Shown here: positions 1 to 10,585 of the stretch, piece by piece
Layout of the letters: each line of letters begins with the position of its first letter
Numbering within the stretch: position 1 is the stretch's first letter
NCBI GenBank assembly: GCA_964501905.1
Contig: CAZCTW010000009.1
Coordinates: 11,342 to 75,341 of the forward strand
Reading direction: 5' to 3'
DNA length: 64,000 nucleotides
DNA from: an uncultured Thermofilaceae archaeon
GTDB taxonomy: Archaea; Thermoproteota; Thermoprotei; Thermofilales; B69-G16
The notes under the pieces: generated by a model
The model's database searches: none
What the model saw: the letters and a program-made list of their open reading frames with translations, nothing else
Told to the model about the DNA's origin: nothing
Translations under genes and position numbers: made by a program

Positions 1-122
1 TTCAAGGTAGGTTTAAACATTTAACGCGAGAGCAAGTTGAGGAAATACAGCGTTTGATCGATGAAGAATGGAATCGCATTAAAAACCTAGTAGAGGGAGA
101 AACACAGGGGAAAACCTAGTAG
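1..122 (+). CDS. C-terminal fragment of an unidentified protein (gene continues left of window)
   Basis: Frame 3 is open from the window edge to TAG at 120-122 (...GRFKHLTREQVEEIQRLIDEEWNRIKNLVEGETQGKT*). Truncated, so absent from the ORF track. Converges on and overlaps the end of the next gene. Confidence 0.3.
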
Positions 123-1862
123 AAGACTAAAACATATTGCCGCCGCCAGAGCTTTTAGCGATTTAGAGGTTAAATCAAAGAGTTTTTCTATGGTTTTATC
201 CCCCAATACCGGTAGGTGAAAGTCCTTTACGCCAATCGTTATGCGACAATCGGACATTTTGTCCAAAGCTTTCTGTAGAGACGATATGGTGATTTCCTCA
301 AGGTCTCTTAAAGGGATTTTCTCCCCCAGCGGACTATAGCTTTTATTGGGGGCTATTCCAGCTACGGTATGCGTATCTGTTGTGGCTATTTCTCCGTCAT
401 GAAAGCCTAATTCCTCCTTTATTTTCTGTATAAGATGATCTCTTAACGGGTTTATCATGTTGTTTCCGTCAAATGTTATGAGGAAATAGCGTTTCCCGTC
501 GATATCCATAGCCGCGGCGGCAACTCCTCCGGCACCGATCCCGCTATCAGGAGCGATGTTATTTATCCGTGTGGAGTAAAAACCCGCCTTAATCTCGTCG
601 TATATAGGCAAGTCTGCCGTGGTATAAGATGTTTTTATCAGATCGATAAGTTCGCTGTAGAGGGAGGTTCCTGGTAGCGGCCTCGGATTTCCGCCTTTTA
701 AGTCTAGTCTGTTATGAGCGTCCACCAGCATTATTCTGTCTGGAATTTCGTGTGATAGACTAACTACTATTTCATAGGGGAGGTCTTCGATGCCGTTTTT
801 AATACTTGAGGCGAATGCGAGAAAATAAGAATCCATCCTAGTGAAGAAGAGAGTGAAGTTTTTGGAGTTTTTTCTATAAAAGCACGAAACTCTAACGTGT
901 TTTATTTCGTCAAAGGATCTAGAAAGTAGATGATTAGTTATCGTTTCCACGTGGGACTTGTATATGAGATCTCTTTCATGACTTGAAGGCCCATGGAAAA
1001 CCAGTGCCGGTATACCTCTTTCTCTAAAAGCTTCCATAATTCTTGAAGGTAACGCGCTACTGCCGAAGTCTCGGAAAGGACCTGGATGTATATACGGAAT
1101 TATGAGCACGCCTTTAAGCTCACCCTTTGTACTGGTAAACATTATCGAGTATACTCGTAGTTTTTCTTTTCCACCGGATACCTCCTCAAGTATTTTTTCG
1201 AGTCTTTCTGAACTATTGGCCAATATATAATCTAAAAAAGCTCTGAAAATTTGATATTTCTTACCTAGAATTTTAGATTCTAATATAGAAGTATATCTTA
1301 ACATAATTTCGAAGGTAGACATCGTTAACAGATTACATAACGTAATTAAGCGTAACTCCTCGCTCATAAATCCCGGGACTAAAATAGAAGAAACCAGTAA
1401 TGTGGTTCCTAGTCCGTTTTTGTCAAAAATTCGGCACGCTATGTAACTTAAGCCAGTAATTAGAGGTAGGAATAATAGAAAAGTGGGATGAGAGAATAAA
1501 GTTAAGGAGAAGAGAGCGCTCAATAGCAGAAGTATGTTGAACAGCGGAATAGGACCTAGGCTTCTTCGCACGTCCACCAGTGGACTTGTCGCAAATAGTG
1601 AAATGGGGAGTAGGAAGTTTACATATAAAAACGCGAAGAGGTCGCCGCGAGATGAAAAGTATCCAAATAAGAAAGTTAGAACGACGAGAATCATCGTCGT
1701 TAGATAGAGCACCGTGACCCATCCCATCGACGGGAACCATACTAGTAGCTTGTATTTCTCTGCTAGCTTTCGAGCGGCCATGGTCATGTATGCACACCTG
1801 GCTATGCGGCTACGATAGTATCCAAAATATAGCGGGCTTGTATAAAAATCGTACTCACACAA
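87..1862 (-). CDS. Polytopic membrane protein with large soluble C-terminal domain (DUF2070-like archaeal family, assignment from memory)
   Basis: 591-aa ORF. The first ~190 aa are consecutive hydrophobic helices. The soluble part carries HPGPFRDFG, VDAHN and TDTHT motifs. Confidence 0.55.
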   Translation of the reverse strand: MCEYDFYTSPLYFGYYRSRIARCAYMTMAARKLAEKYKLLVWFPSMGWVTVLYLTTMILVVLTFLFGYFSSRGDLFAFLYVNFLLPISLFATSPLVDVRRSLGPIPLFNILLLLSALFSLTLFSHPTFLLFLPLITGLSYIACRIFDKNGLGTTLLVSSILVPGFMSEELRLITLCNLLTMSTFEIMLRYTSILESKILGKKYQIFRAFLDYILANSSERLEKILEEVSGGKEKLRVYSIMFTSTKGELKGVLIIPYIHPGPFRDFGSSALPSRIMEAFRERGIPALVFHGPSSHERDLIYKSHVETITNHLLSRSFDEIKHVRVSCFYRKNSKNFTLFFTRMDSYFLAFASSIKNGIEDLPYEIVVSLSHEIPDRIMLVDAHNRLDLKGGNPRPLPGTSLYSELIDLIKTSYTTADLPIYDEIKAGFYSTRINNIAPDSGIGAGGVAAAAMDIDGKRYFLITFDGNNMINPLRDHLIQKIKEELGFHDGEIATTDTHTVAGIAPNKSYSPLGEKIPLRDLEEITISSLQKALDKMSDCRITIGVKDFHLPVLGDKTIEKLFDLTSKSLKALAAAICFSLLLGFPLCFSLY

Positions 1863-1927
1863 TTTGGCAGAAAAGCTTAAGTAGAGAATTGTATTAGCTA
1901 TTCGCTGAATCTAAATGAGGTGAAAGC

Positions 1928-2551
1928 TTGGGCGAGGTAGTTGAAGAGAAAGAACCAGAGCTCTTAGTGCCGCTTGAAGCCTATTTGGCAGCAGGTATAC
2001 GTATAGGAACTAATATGAAAAACCGTTTCATGGAACGCTTTATCTACAGCGTGAGACCCGATGGGCTTTACCTAATAGATGTGAGGAAAACTGACGAGCG
2101 AATACGCATAGCTGCTAAGTTTATCGCCCAATTTGAACCGCGGAAAGTTGTTGCAGTATCGGCTAGGCAGTATGGACAACAACCTGTTTTGAAGTTCTGC
2201 GCTCTGACCGGATGTATACCAATCGTGGGTAGATTCCTCCCCGGCACGTTTACCAATCCCTCGTTTGAGAATCATATAGAGCCGGATCTTCTAATAGTTT
2301 CTGATCCTAAGGCTGATCACCAGGCTGTAATGGAGGCGGTAAGCGTCGGTATTCCTATAATAGGTCTATGCAACACTGATAGCATATGTAGTTTTATAGA
2401 TTTAGTCATACCGACTAATAATAAGGGTAGGAAGGCGTTAGCGCTCATATACTGGCTTCTAGCCCGGCAGGTACTGAGAGAACGTGGCGAATTATCACCT
2501 GACAAAGACCTGCCAATTCCTCCTGAGGAATTCGAGAGTAAAGTAGTGTAA
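1928..2551 (+). CDS. rps2: 30S ribosomal protein uS2
   Basis: 207 aa with TTG start. [13 protein letters not shown]...[14 protein letters not shown]... is a typical archaeal S2 core. Confidence 0.95.
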   Translation: MGEVVEEKEPELLVPLEAYLAAGIRIGTNMKNRFMERFIYSVRPDGLYLIDVRKTDERIRIAAKFIAQFEPRKVVAVSARQYGQQPVLKFCALTGCIPIVGRFLPGTFTNPSFENHIEPDLLIVSDPKADHQAVMEAVSVGIPIIGLCNTDSICSFIDLVIPTNNKGRKALALIYWLLARQVLRERGELSPDKDLPIPPEEFESKVV

Positions 2552-2581
2552 AATTATATCTCTCTTCTGCGTTATGTAACC

Positions 2582-3436
2582 TTGATGGTTATGCGAGTGC
2601 GTAAACCCTACGTCGCCGGAATGTTTTATGAGGCAGATCCCAGACTATTGAAGAAGCAGATAGAGTTATGTTTTCTACACGAGCTAGGACCGGGTAGGCT
2701 TCCAGAGAGGAGAGAAGAGCGGGAAGTTTTCGGGTTGATAGCCCCGCACGCCGGCTATATGTACTCAGGTCCTGTAGCGGCGCATGGATATTATGTGCTT
2801 GGTCAAGCTAAGAAACCGTCTATCTTTATTATCTTAGGTCCTAATCATAGCGGTTTAGGGTCGCCTATAGCCACGACTGGCGAGGAGGTGTGGGAAACCC
2901 CGCTCGGGGAAGTAAAAGTTAGCTTCGATTGTGTTCGTTGTATAATTACCCGCTCGGGTATAGTATCTATAGATTCATTCGCGCACGCCCGCGAGCATTC
3001 GATAGAAGTTCAAATACCATTTTTACAGTACTTGTATGGAGATGAATTCGAAATAGTCCCTATAGCTATGCTATTACAAAACTATGAAGCCGCTAAAAAA
3101 GTCGGTGAGGCCGTAGCGGAATGTGTCAAAGAGTACAAAGACGTTGCAGTTATAGCTAGCACTGATTTCACTCATTATGAGCCAGACACTATTGCGCGTA
3201 AAAAGGATGAATTGGCGATACAGCGTATACTCGAGTTTGACTCACGGGGACTTTATGACGTAGTCATAGAAAATGAAATTACTATGTGCGGGTATGGTCC
3301 TGTAATGGTGCTACTTGAAGCCGCTAAAAAACTAGGATATCGTAAGATAGAGCTATTAAAGTATGCTACATCCGGGGACGTCACAGGCGATTACAGTAGC
3401 GTAGTAGCCTATGCCAGTTTTGTAGTTTTTAAGTGA
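2582..3436 (+). CDS. MEMO1-family protein (AmmeMemoRadiSam system protein B)
   Basis: 284 aa. Motifs APHAGYMYSG, GPNHSG, EHSIEVQIPFLQY and TDFTHY are characteristic of the Memo/AMMECR1-associated dioxygenase-like fold. Confidence 0.85.
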   Translation: MMVMRVRKPYVAGMFYEADPRLLKKQIELCFLHELGPGRLPERREEREVFGLIAPHAGYMYSGPVAAHGYYVLGQAKKPSIFIILGPNHSGLGSPIATTGEEVWETPLGEVKVSFDCVRCIITRSGIVSIDSFAHAREHSIEVQIPFLQYLYGDEFEIVPIAMLLQNYEAAKKVGEAVAECVKEYKDVAVIASTDFTHYEPDTIARKKDELAIQRILEFDSRGLYDVVIENEITMCGYGPVMVLLEAAKKLGYRKIELLKYATSGDVTGDYSSVVAYASFVVFK

Positions 3437-4518
3437 ATAATATGTCGATCGAAGATAGGAAAAAAGATCACGTGTTAATATCTATAGATGAGGACGTAGA
3501 AAGCGATATACCGGCGATGTTTCAGGACGTATATTTTGTGCACGATGCAGTGCCCGAGATAAATTTAGAGGACGTAGAATTGAAGACTGAGTTCCTCGGG
3601 CACGAGTTATCCGCACCTGTGATAGTAGCCGGAATGACAGGTGGGCATCCCTTAGCTAAAAAAATAAATGCGGTCATAGCCGAAGCCGTAGAAGAACTTA
3701 AGTTAGGTATGGGGGTTGGCAGCCAGAGAGCAGCTCTTCTAAATCCGAGTCTCGATGGGACATTTTCCGTTGTTAGGGAGAAGGCGCCTACCGCGTTTAT
3801 TATCGGTAATATAGGAGCTAGCCAGGTAGCTATGGGGTTATCGGAGAAGGAAGTGGAGAGGCTTATAGACATGGTACGGGCTGACGCTTTAGCGATTCAT
3901 TTAAATCCTCTTCAAGAAGCAGTCCAATTGGAAGGTGAACCGTTCTATAGAGGTTTTTTAAATAAGGCACGGGAAGTAATAGAATCCTGTGAAGTTCCAG
4001 TTATTGCTAAGGAAACTGGGGCGGGCATCTCTAAAGAAGCAGCGGAGAAGATAGTAAAAACCGGCTTTTCCGCTATAGATGTGGGAGGTTTAGGAGGTAC
4101 TTCTTTCTCAAAAATAGAATACTATAGAGCAGTAAACAATAAGGAAAAAGAGTTAGCGGCTATAAGCAAAACTTTCGGCAATTGGGGTATACCGACAGTT
4201 CTTAGTATACTGGAAGTAAGAACTGTAACTAATATACCCTTGATAGCTACGGGAGGAATACGGTCAGGGATAGATATTGCGAAAGCGTTAAGGCTAGGCG
4301 CGGATTTAGTTGCAGTTGGAAGACCAGTTATTCAGGCAGCGTATAAAGAGGGGAGTCTAGGAGTAAAAAGGTACTTAGAGAGATTGATTAAGGAATTGAG
4401 GATTACGCTCTTCCTCGTAGGAGCGAAAAACATAACAGAACTGCGGAAAAAACCTATAGTGCTCTCTCTAAGAATAATCGAATGGGCGAAACAGAGAAAA
4501 CTTAAAATTCCTATTTAG
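3433..4518 (+). CDS. fni: Isopentenyl-diphosphate delta-isomerase, type 2 (FMN-dependent)
   Basis: 361 aa. N-terminal RKKDHV, then AGMTGG, ETGAGIS, VGGLGGTSF, ATGGIRSG. 4-nt overlap with the upstream gene. Confidence 0.9.
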   Translation: MNNMSIEDRKKDHVLISIDEDVESDIPAMFQDVYFVHDAVPEINLEDVELKTEFLGHELSAPVIVAGMTGGHPLAKKINAVIAEAVEELKLGMGVGSQRAALLNPSLDGTFSVVREKAPTAFIIGNIGASQVAMGLSEKEVERLIDMVRADALAIHLNPLQEAVQLEGEPFYRGFLNKAREVIESCEVPVIAKETGAGISKEAAEKIVKTGFSAIDVGGLGGTSFSKIEYYRAVNNKEKELAAISKTFGNWGIPTVLSILEVRTVTNIPLIATGGIRSGIDIAKALRLGADLVAVGRPVIQAAYKEGSLGVKRYLERLIKELRITLFLVGAKNITELRKKPIVLSLRIIEWAKQRKLKIPI

Positions 4519-4591
4519 CGCTAGATCGAAAGTTTTAACGACGAATTATCAAAGTTACCATTATTCTATAGCAATAAAATAGCATGGAGAG

Positions 4592-4996
4592 TTATACTCT
4601 TCTACCTCTCCGTCCTCCTGGTTTACGGATAGTGTCCGTAGGCAACGGAGTTACATCCTCGATTCTATCCACCATCAGTCCAGCTCTTACCAAAGCTCTT
4701 ATAGCTGGTCCTGCTCCCGGCCCGGGTGTTTTAGGTCCATAGCCTCCCGGAGCTCTAACTTTTACATGAACTACCTTTATCCCTTTTTCCAGTGCTATTC
4801 TAGCGGCTATCATTGCCGCCTGCATTGCCGCCCATGGGCTAGGTTTGTCTCTATCGGCTTTTACTACCATCCCTCCGCTTACTCGTGCAATGGTTTCGGC
4901 GCCTGATAGGTCTGTTATGTGTATTATCGTGTTGTTGTAGCTTGCATATATGTGGGCTATTCCTACTCCCCCCCGCTTCTTTTTTTGTTGGCTCAT
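4592..4996 (-). CDS. rps11: 30S ribosomal protein uS11
   Basis: 134 aa. [18 protein letters not shown]...VRAPGG... 4-nt overlap with rps4. Confidence 0.95.
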   Translation of the reverse strand: MSQQKKKRGGVGIAHIYASYNNTIIHITDLSGAETIARVSGGMVVKADRDKPSPWAAMQAAMIAARIALEKGIKVVHVKVRAPGGYGPKTPGPGAGPAIRALVRAGLMVDRIEDVTPLPTDTIRKPGGRRGRRV

Positions 4997-5508
4997 TTAC
5001 TACCCCCCTCTGTTGATCTAGTAGCATAAGACGAGAGAGGATAAAACCTTACCTGTTCCTCTTCCTCCCGCGCGACTAAGTGTCCCGGGCTTGTAACTCT
5101 TCTATCTCCTATCGCTATATGCCCGTGTACTATTAGTTGTCGGGCATGGTATATTGAAGATGCTAAGCCTTTCTTATACACTATGTACTGGAGTCTTCTT
5201 TGCAGGATATCTTCTATCGTCAAGTTAAGCACATCATCTAAAGTGCAATCCTCACTGGGGAGTATACCCTGTTTTACTAAGCGGTTTATAAGCTCTCTCT
5301 CTAGTTTAGCGCGCTTCTTAGGAGGTAGTGCGAGTAGAGTTCTTGCTCTGGCTCTTATTCGTCTTAGGTATGTTCTCGCTATCCATAATTCTCTTTTATT
5401 TCTAAGTCCGTATTTTCCAACGAGTTCAATCTCTTGAAGGAGACGCTCCTTTATCCAGGGGTGACCCGGTGTATCGTATTTCCGCCTACTTCTTTTAGGA
5501 TCGCCCAT
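4993..5508 (-). CDS. rps4: 30S ribosomal protein uS4
   Basis: 171 aa. [18 protein letters not shown]... with an S4 RNA-binding domain ([30 protein letters not shown]). Confidence 0.95.
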   Translation of the reverse strand: MGDPKRSRRKYDTPGHPWIKERLLQEIELVGKYGLRNKRELWIARTYLRRIRARARTLLALPPKKRAKLERELINRLVKQGILPSEDCTLDDVLNLTIEDILQRRLQYIVYKKGLASSIYHARQLIVHGHIAIGDRRVTSPGHLVAREEEEQVRFYPLSSYATRSTEGGSK

Positions 5509-5518
5509 TCTATCACCC

Positions 5519-5968
5519 CTACCTCTTTCTCCTTTTTACTCCAACAGTCACTCCGGTTCTTCCCGTGGTTCTAGTTCTCTGTCCTCTCACTTTTAAGCCA
5601 AACATGTGCCTTATACCGCGCCAACACCTTATATTTTTGAGGAACTCTATATCGCTTTTTACGGTGAATACTAAGTCAGAGGCTATAAGGTGTAAGTTTT
5701 GTCCGGTTCTAGGATCTTTAGGTCTGTTTAAGAACCATGGAGGGAAGCCTAATTTATGGGGTTCTCTGAGTATAGCATCGAGCTCCTTTAGTTGTGCTTC
5801 GCTTAGGGAGCCTAGTTTTGCGTGCGGGTCTATTCCCATTTTCCTGCATATTGCGTATGCTATGTTTATGCCTATACCTTTTATCAGTCTGAGGGAGTAG
5901 GCTACGGCTTTATCTCCTGGTAGGTCTACGCCTGCGAGCCTCACTATCTGCTTAAATTCGTCACTCAT
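5519..5968 (-). CDS. rps13: 30S ribosomal protein uS13
   Basis: 149 aa. IVRLAGVDLPGDKAVAYSLRLIKGIG...RGIRHMFGLKVRGQRTRTTGR. Confidence 0.95.
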   Translation of the reverse strand: MSDEFKQIVRLAGVDLPGDKAVAYSLRLIKGIGINIAYAICRKMGIDPHAKLGSLSEAQLKELDAILREPHKLGFPPWFLNRPKDPRTGQNLHLIASDLVFTVKSDIEFLKNIRCWRGIRHMFGLKVRGQRTRTTGRTGVTVGVKRRKR

Positions 5969-6108
5969 TTAATAGCCCCTAGGGGTAGAGGAATCTATCC
6001 GATTCTTATAAAACTTTCGTGCCCATTAAGCGGGGTTGCCTACCTTATCCAAGGTTTTGAAACCCTATACTTACCGTGGAGCCCATGCGTATGCATAAAT
6101 AGTTCTTT

Positions 6109-6462
6109 GTGTTATACTATACGGCTATGGGCTCTGTAAAGATTAGAGCGATACTAGTAGGGAAGAATCTCATTAAGAACCCGTGGGGAGAAAGGGTTAT
6201 AAAGCTCGAATTTGTAGAGGAGAGGGAGCTGCCCAGCCCTGTTATAATTCAGTCTTCCGAAGGAGAACTAGCGAAGGAGATTATGCCAATAATTACTCAG
6301 ATTATGAAGTCTATGCCTATGTTGAGCCAGGGTAGAGCTAGCGTGCCTCGATTGACGCTTTACTTGACCGAAGAGGAGTGGGATAGACTGGTAGAGAAAC
6401 CCGAAATTGGGGAAGAAGTAGTTATCGAAATTAAGGGTAAAACCATCTCCATTAGTAAATAA
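6109..6462 (+). CDS. Hypothetical protein
   Basis: 117-aa ORF with ordinary composition and no recognisable motif. The real start may be the internal MGSVKIRAIL. Confidence 0.4.
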   Translation: MLYYTAMGSVKIRAILVGKNLIKNPWGERVIKLEFVEERELPSPVIIQSSEGELAKEIMPIITQIMKSMPMLSQGRASVPRLTLYLTEEEWDRLVEKPEIGEEVVIEIKGKTISISK

Positions 6463-6465
6463 GGG

Positions 6466-6729
6466 TTAATTTAACAGGTATTTTAAGGGGATGTCCTGGT
6501 ATTTTCCTCCGGGAGTTTTTCTCCTTATAATTATGGGTAAAACTCCTAATTCGAGTTCTTTCTCGGCTATTACGAGAGGGTCAGGAGGGATGTTTTCCAA
6601 CTTTATTAAAACTGGAGCGCCTAGCGCTACTTGAAGAGCGCGCGCACCTATGATTCGCGCGCGCTCATATTTAGTAAGTCTAGGAGGTCCTATCTTTATT
6701 TTAAACCCAGTTTTTGTAGGCATAGGCAT
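6466..6729 (-). CDS. rpoK: DNA-directed RNA polymerase subunit K (Rpo6)
   Basis: 87 aa. [22 protein letters not shown]...[18 protein letters not shown] is the RpoK/Rpb6 signature. Confidence 0.85.
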   Translation of the reverse strand: MPMPTKTGFKIKIGPPRLTKYERARIIGARALQVALGAPVLIKLENIPPDPLVIAEKELELGVLPIIIRRKTPGGKYQDIPLKYLLN

Positions 6730-6786
6730 GTAAAAATTCGGGTCGTTTATAATGTTTTCCTTTAGATTGCAAAGTGTGTAAAAAAG

Positions 6787-8418
6787 CTAGTATTCTCCGA
6801 ATGCAGGTTTTTCTTCCTTGCCCTTTTCCTTCTCTTTGGGCGGCGATGCCGCTATAATATCATCTATTCTTAAGATCATGGCTGCTGCTTCGGTAGCCGA
6901 TTTTAACACCTGCTTTTTAACCACAGCCGGCTCGATAACTCCCGTGTCTAACATATTCTCTATTTTGCCCGTGAATACATTTACGCCAGCCCACTTCTCT
7001 CCAGCTGCATGTTTCTTCCTTAGCTCTGCTATTATATCTACGGGTTCTAACCCGGCGTTTCGAGCTAGTACAGCTGGTAGGAACTCTAGGGCGTCAGCAT
7101 ATTTCATTACTGCTAGTTGTTCTTTGCTAGGTAGGGTCTTAGCGTATTCCCTTAACCTTTTAGCTATTTCCATTTCTATAGCTCCGCCGCCAGCGACGAT
7201 CTTAGGCTCTCTAATTATATTGCGTACAACCGATAATGCGTCATGTATTGCGCGTTCAGCTTCGTCTACCACGTGCTCGGCGCCGCCCCTAATTAGTATG
7301 GTTACCGCTTTGGGGTTGGGGCATCCTTCGATGAAGACCATCTTGTCTTCAGCTACTTTTCTCTCTTCTACTATCTTGGCATAGCCCAAGTCTTTTTCTG
7401 TTAAATCGTCGATGCTTGTTACTATCCTGGCTCCGGTTGCTCTGGCTAGTTTTTCCATGTCTGATTTCTTTACTCTTCTAACAGCTAGTATGCCTTTCTT
7501 AGCTAAGAAGTGTTGAGCCATGTCATCAATGCCTTTCTGCGTGATAACTACGTTGGCGCCGGTCGCGGCTATTTTATCCACCATTTTCTTAAGCATAAGG
7601 GCTTCTTGTTCTAGGAACATCTTTAGCTGTTCTGGACTCGTTATGTTTATCTTAGCTGACCACTCCGGCTTCTCTACTTCGAGGGGCGCGTTGAGTAGTG
7701 CTATTTTGGCATCCACTACTTTGCGGGGCATGCTCGGGTGTACAACTTCTTTATCTAGCACTATACCCTTTACGAGCTCGGTTTCCTCTAGGGATTCGCC
7801 TTTCTTTTTCTCGATCTTGACATTATCCAGTTTAAACTCGTACTTGCCATCTTTCTTTTCGACTACTTGGAGGGCAGCGTTTACCACTAGGTCTGCCAGA
7901 AATTCTTTATATTCGGCTACAGCTTTACTGCTGAGGGAAGTAATTGCTACCTTCTTTAAAACTTCTTTATCAAGGGGATCTACGGGCTCGGCTATTTCAT
8001 CTACAATCTTTAAGGCTTGCTCGAGAGCCTTTTCAAAACCTTCCGTTACCATAGTCGGGTGAATTTCTTCATCTAATAGCTCGTTAGCATTAGCTAGTAA
8101 TTGTCCGGCTAAGACGACGACTGTAGTTGTTCCATCTCCTACTTCATCGTCTTGCGCTTTTGCCACCTCTACCAGCATTTTAGCTGCTGGATGTTGCACG
8201 TCCATTTCCTTAAGTATAGTAGCGCCGTCGCCCGTTATCGTCGCGTTACCGAAGGAGTCTACTAGAAGCTTATCCATGCCTCTAGGACCTAGAGATGAAG
8301 CCAAGGCTTCTGAGATTACTCGAGCGGCGTAGATGTTCGATCGTCTGGCTTCTCTACCCACGGTTCTGCTGGTTCCTTCTTTTAATATTAGAACAGGTAT
8401 TGCCTGTTGAGCCTGCAT
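6787..8418 (-). CDS. ths: Thermosome subunit (group II chaperonin)
   Basis: 543 aa. [23 protein letters not shown]-like GAGGAGGTG upstream of the ATG. Confidence 0.97.
   Translation of the reverse strand: MQAQQAIPVLILKEGTSRTVGREARRSNIYAARVISEALASSLGPRGMDKLLVDSFGNATITGDGATILKEMDVQHPAAKMLVEVAKAQDDEVGDGTTTVVVLAGQLLANANELLDEEIHPTMVTEGFEKALEQALKIVDEIAEPVDPLDKEVLKKVAITSLSSKAVAEYKEFLADLVVNAALQVVEKKDGKYEFKLDNVKIEKKKGESLEETELVKGIVLDKEVVHPSMPRKVVDAKIALLNAPLEVEKPEWSAKINITSPEQLKMFLEQEALMLKKMVDKIAATGANVVITQKGIDDMAQHFLAKKGILAVRRVKKSDMEKLARATGARIVTSIDDLTEKDLGYAKIVEERKVAEDKMVFIEGCPNPKAVTILIRGGAEHVVDEAERAIHDALSVVRNIIREPKIVAGGGAIEMEIAKRLREYAKTLPSKEQLAVMKYADALEFLPAVLARNAGLEPVDIIAELRKKHAAGEKWAGVNVFTGKIENMLDTGVIEPAVVKKQVLKSATEAAAMILRIDDIIAASPPKEKEKGKEEKPAFGEY
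7418..7509. repeat. 92-nt tract, 91/92 identical (in inverted orientation) to 9521-9612 in the paralogous thermosome gene
   Basis: By-eye alignment of the reverse complement with 9521-9612 gives 79 consecutive identical nt plus 12 more after one K/E codon change. Flanking codons differ freely. Confidence 0.85.
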
Positions 8419-8451
8419 AATGCCTACACCTCCTCGGCTATCATCAAATAT

Positions 8452-8464
8452 TTTTCGCTTCTAT
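8452..8464 (-). promoter_or_regulatory. Shared promoter-proximal box (TATA-adjacent ATAGAAGCGAAAA) of the minus-strand thermosome gene
   Basis: TTTTCGCTTCTAT is the exact reverse complement of ATAGAAGCGAAAA at 8565-8577. It abuts an A/T-rich TATA-like run and ends 33 nt before the ATG. Confidence 0.45.
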
Positions 8465-8564
8465 ATATTTTTTACTCTATTTAATATCTTGAATTTCATG
8501 ATCTTCATGTAGATTTAAAGGAGTTAGCTAGCTTTGCGGTGTTCTCCTTTAGAGAAAATTTTAA

Positions 8565-8577
8565 ATAGAAGCGAAAA
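8565..8577 (+). promoter_or_regulatory. Shared promoter-proximal box (TATA-adjacent ATAGAAGCGAAAA) of the plus-strand thermosome gene
   Basis: TTTAAATAGAAGCGAAAA ends 28 nt upstream of the ATG at 8606. Same 13-mer, same orientation relative to its gene as 8452-8464. Confidence 0.45.
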
Positions 8578-8605
8578 GTGTAATGTCTGAAGTTGAGGTG
8601 ATAGT

Positions 8606-10255
8606 ATGGCTGTGGCTCAACTGGGAGGAGTACCTGTTCTAATATTAAAAGAAGGAACCAGCAGGACGACAGGTAAGGAAGCTCTCCGTAATAACATTAT
8701 GGTTGCTAAAGCTATAGCTGAAGCTGTGAAAACTACTCTCGGACCTAAAGGCATGGATAAAATGTTAATAGATAGTCTTGGGGATATTACGGTCACTAAT
8801 GACGGTGCTACAATCCTCGACGAAATAGATGTACAGCATCCTATTGCCAAGTTAATGGTTGAGATCTCTAAAGCGCAAGACGATGAAGTAGGAGATGGAA
8901 CAACGTCTACTGTAGTTATCGCTGGTGAACTGCTTAAAGAGGCAGAAAAACTTCTACTAAAGAATATTCATCCAACGGTCATTGTATCCGGCTATAAGAA
9001 AGGCTTAGAGAAGGCTAAGGAGATCATAAGGAAGATGGCGATCAAGGTTTCTCTTGACGACGAAGAGACGCTTAAGAAGGTCGCCATGACCGCGATGAGA
9101 GGAAAATCTGTGGCCGCTGTCAGGGAGTACCTTGCTGAACTATCTGTAAAAGCTGTAAAACAGGTCGCTGAGGAGAGAGATGGAGAGTTCGTGGTAGATC
9201 TGGACAATATACAGTTAATTAAGAAAAAGGGAGGCGCCATTTTAGATACTAAACTAGTTTATGGAGTGATTATAGATAAGGAAGTTGTGCACCCAGGAAT
9301 GCCTAAGCGCATCGAAAATGCCAAAATAGCGCTCTTAGACGCTCCTCTAGAAATTGAAAAAACGGAGATTGATGCCGAGATAAGAATTCACGACCCAGAG
9401 CAGATGCAGGCGTTCTTGAAAGAAGAAGAGCGCCTGTTGCAGGAGAAGGTTAAGAAGATTAAGGAAGTGGGAGCTAACGTAGTTTTCGTTCAGAAGGGAA
9501 TTGATGATGTAGCCCAGCATTTCTTAGCTAAGGAAGGCATACTAGCTGTTAGAAGAGTAAAGAAATCAGACATGGAAAAACTAGCCAGAGCAACCGGAGC
9601 CAGGATAGTAACTAAAATCGAGGATTTAACTCCTGAAGTCCTAGGCGAGGCGGGTCTTGTTGAAGAGCGTGAAGTTGCTGGAGACAAAATGGTGTTCGTA
9701 GAGCAGTGTAAAAACCCCAAAGCAGTTAGCATACTGATAAGAGGAGGACTAGAAAAAGTTGTAGACGAGGCAGAACGTTCTCTCATAGACGCTCTCAGCG
9801 TAGTAGCGGACGTAATTGAAGAGCCCTACATACTGCCAGGTGGAGGCGCGCCTGAAGCAGAGGTAGCTAAAGAGCTTAAAAACTACGCGGCTCAATTAGG
9901 AGGTAGAATTCAACTAGCCGTCGAAGCTTTCGCGAACGCTGTGGAGGTTATACCGAGAACCTTGGCCGAGAACGCTGGTCTAGATCCCATAGATATACTA
10001 GCTGAACTACGTGCAGCTCACGAGAAGGAGGACGGGTGGAAGTACGGGATCGACGTATTTGAAGGTAAAGTATCGGACATGCTTAAGCTAGGTGTCGTAG
10101 AACCGTTGATAGTGAAGGAGCAAGCGTTTAAGGCAGCTACTGAAGCCGCTACGCTGATACTAAGAATTGATGATATAATTGCTGCGTCCAAGTTGGAGAC
10201 TAAAGAAGGTAAAGAAAAAGAAGAGAAGGGAGAAAAAGAAAGCGAATTTGACTAA
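8606..10255 (+). CDS. ths: Thermosome subunit (group II chaperonin), paralog of 6787-8418
   Basis: 549 aa. [23 protein letters not shown]-like GAGGTGAT upstream. Divergent from the other subunit across a 187-bp spacer. Confidence 0.97.
   Translation: MAVAQLGGVPVLILKEGTSRTTGKEALRNNIMVAKAIAEAVKTTLGPKGMDKMLIDSLGDITVTNDGATILDEIDVQHPIAKLMVEISKAQDDEVGDGTTSTVVIAGELLKEAEKLLLKNIHPTVIVSGYKKGLEKAKEIIRKMAIKVSLDDEETLKKVAMTAMRGKSVAAVREYLAELSVKAVKQVAEERDGEFVVDLDNIQLIKKKGGAILDTKLVYGVIIDKEVVHPGMPKRIENAKIALLDAPLEIEKTEIDAEIRIHDPEQMQAFLKEEERLLQEKVKKIKEVGANVVFVQKGIDDVAQHFLAKEGILAVRRVKKSDMEKLARATGARIVTKIEDLTPEVLGEAGLVEEREVAGDKMVFVEQCKNPKAVSILIRGGLEKVVDEAERSLIDALSVVADVIEEPYILPGGGAPEAEVAKELKNYAAQLGGRIQLAVEAFANAVEVIPRTLAENAGLDPIDILAELRAAHEKEDGWKYGIDVFEGKVSDMLKLGVVEPLIVKEQAFKAATEAATLILRIDDIIAASKLETKEGKEKEEKGEKESEFD
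9521..9612. repeat. 92-nt tract, 91/92 identical (inverted) to 7418-7509
   Basis: See 7418-7509. Encodes [31 protein letters not shown]. Confidence 0.85.
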
Positions 10256-10256
10256 A

Positions 10257-10538
10257 CTACCCCCCCGTTATTTGTCCAATTGTTGCGTTATAAATAGCGT
10301 CTAAATCCTCACCTAATACTTCCACTATGAACTTATCTAATGCCCCTTCTGAGCCTTGGTAAGCTAACTTTAACGTAGCTATAAGGTCGGATAGCAACGT
10401 GAGCAGGATTACCATAGCTATCAGGCTTAATCCCAAGAGCAAGCCTTCTTCTATCATTTGACTTCCCTTTTTCCCGTTTCTTTTTTCCTTGTTCAGCATT
10501 AGCTTAGTTATCATCTCCTGTACTATATGGACTATCAC
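10257..10538 (-). CDS. Flp/Epd-like type IV pilin candidate
   Basis: Likely start MLNKEKRNGKKG|SQMIEEGLLLGLSLIAMVILLTLL. Basic leader, Gly, Glu at +5, then a ~20-aa hydrophobic helix (pattern G/xxxxE[YE]GL as in Flp and EppA-dependent pilins). Last gene of the operon. Confidence 0.55.
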   Translation of the reverse strand: MIVHIVQEMITKLMLNKEKRNGKKGSQMIEEGLLLGLSLIAMVILLTLLSDLIATLKLAYQGSEGALDKFIVEVLGEDLDAIYNATIGQITGG

Positions 10539-10585
10539 ACTCCCCTACGAAGATGTGCACTAACCTATATAAGCTGGCTAACTCC

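Noticed and set aside
6818-9786. Antisense ORFs inside both thermosome genes (e.g. 6818-7384, 7520-8062, 8617-8850, 9490-9786)
   Set aside because: These are Ser/Ala/Thr-rich shadows opposite highly expressed, unambiguous chaperonin genes.
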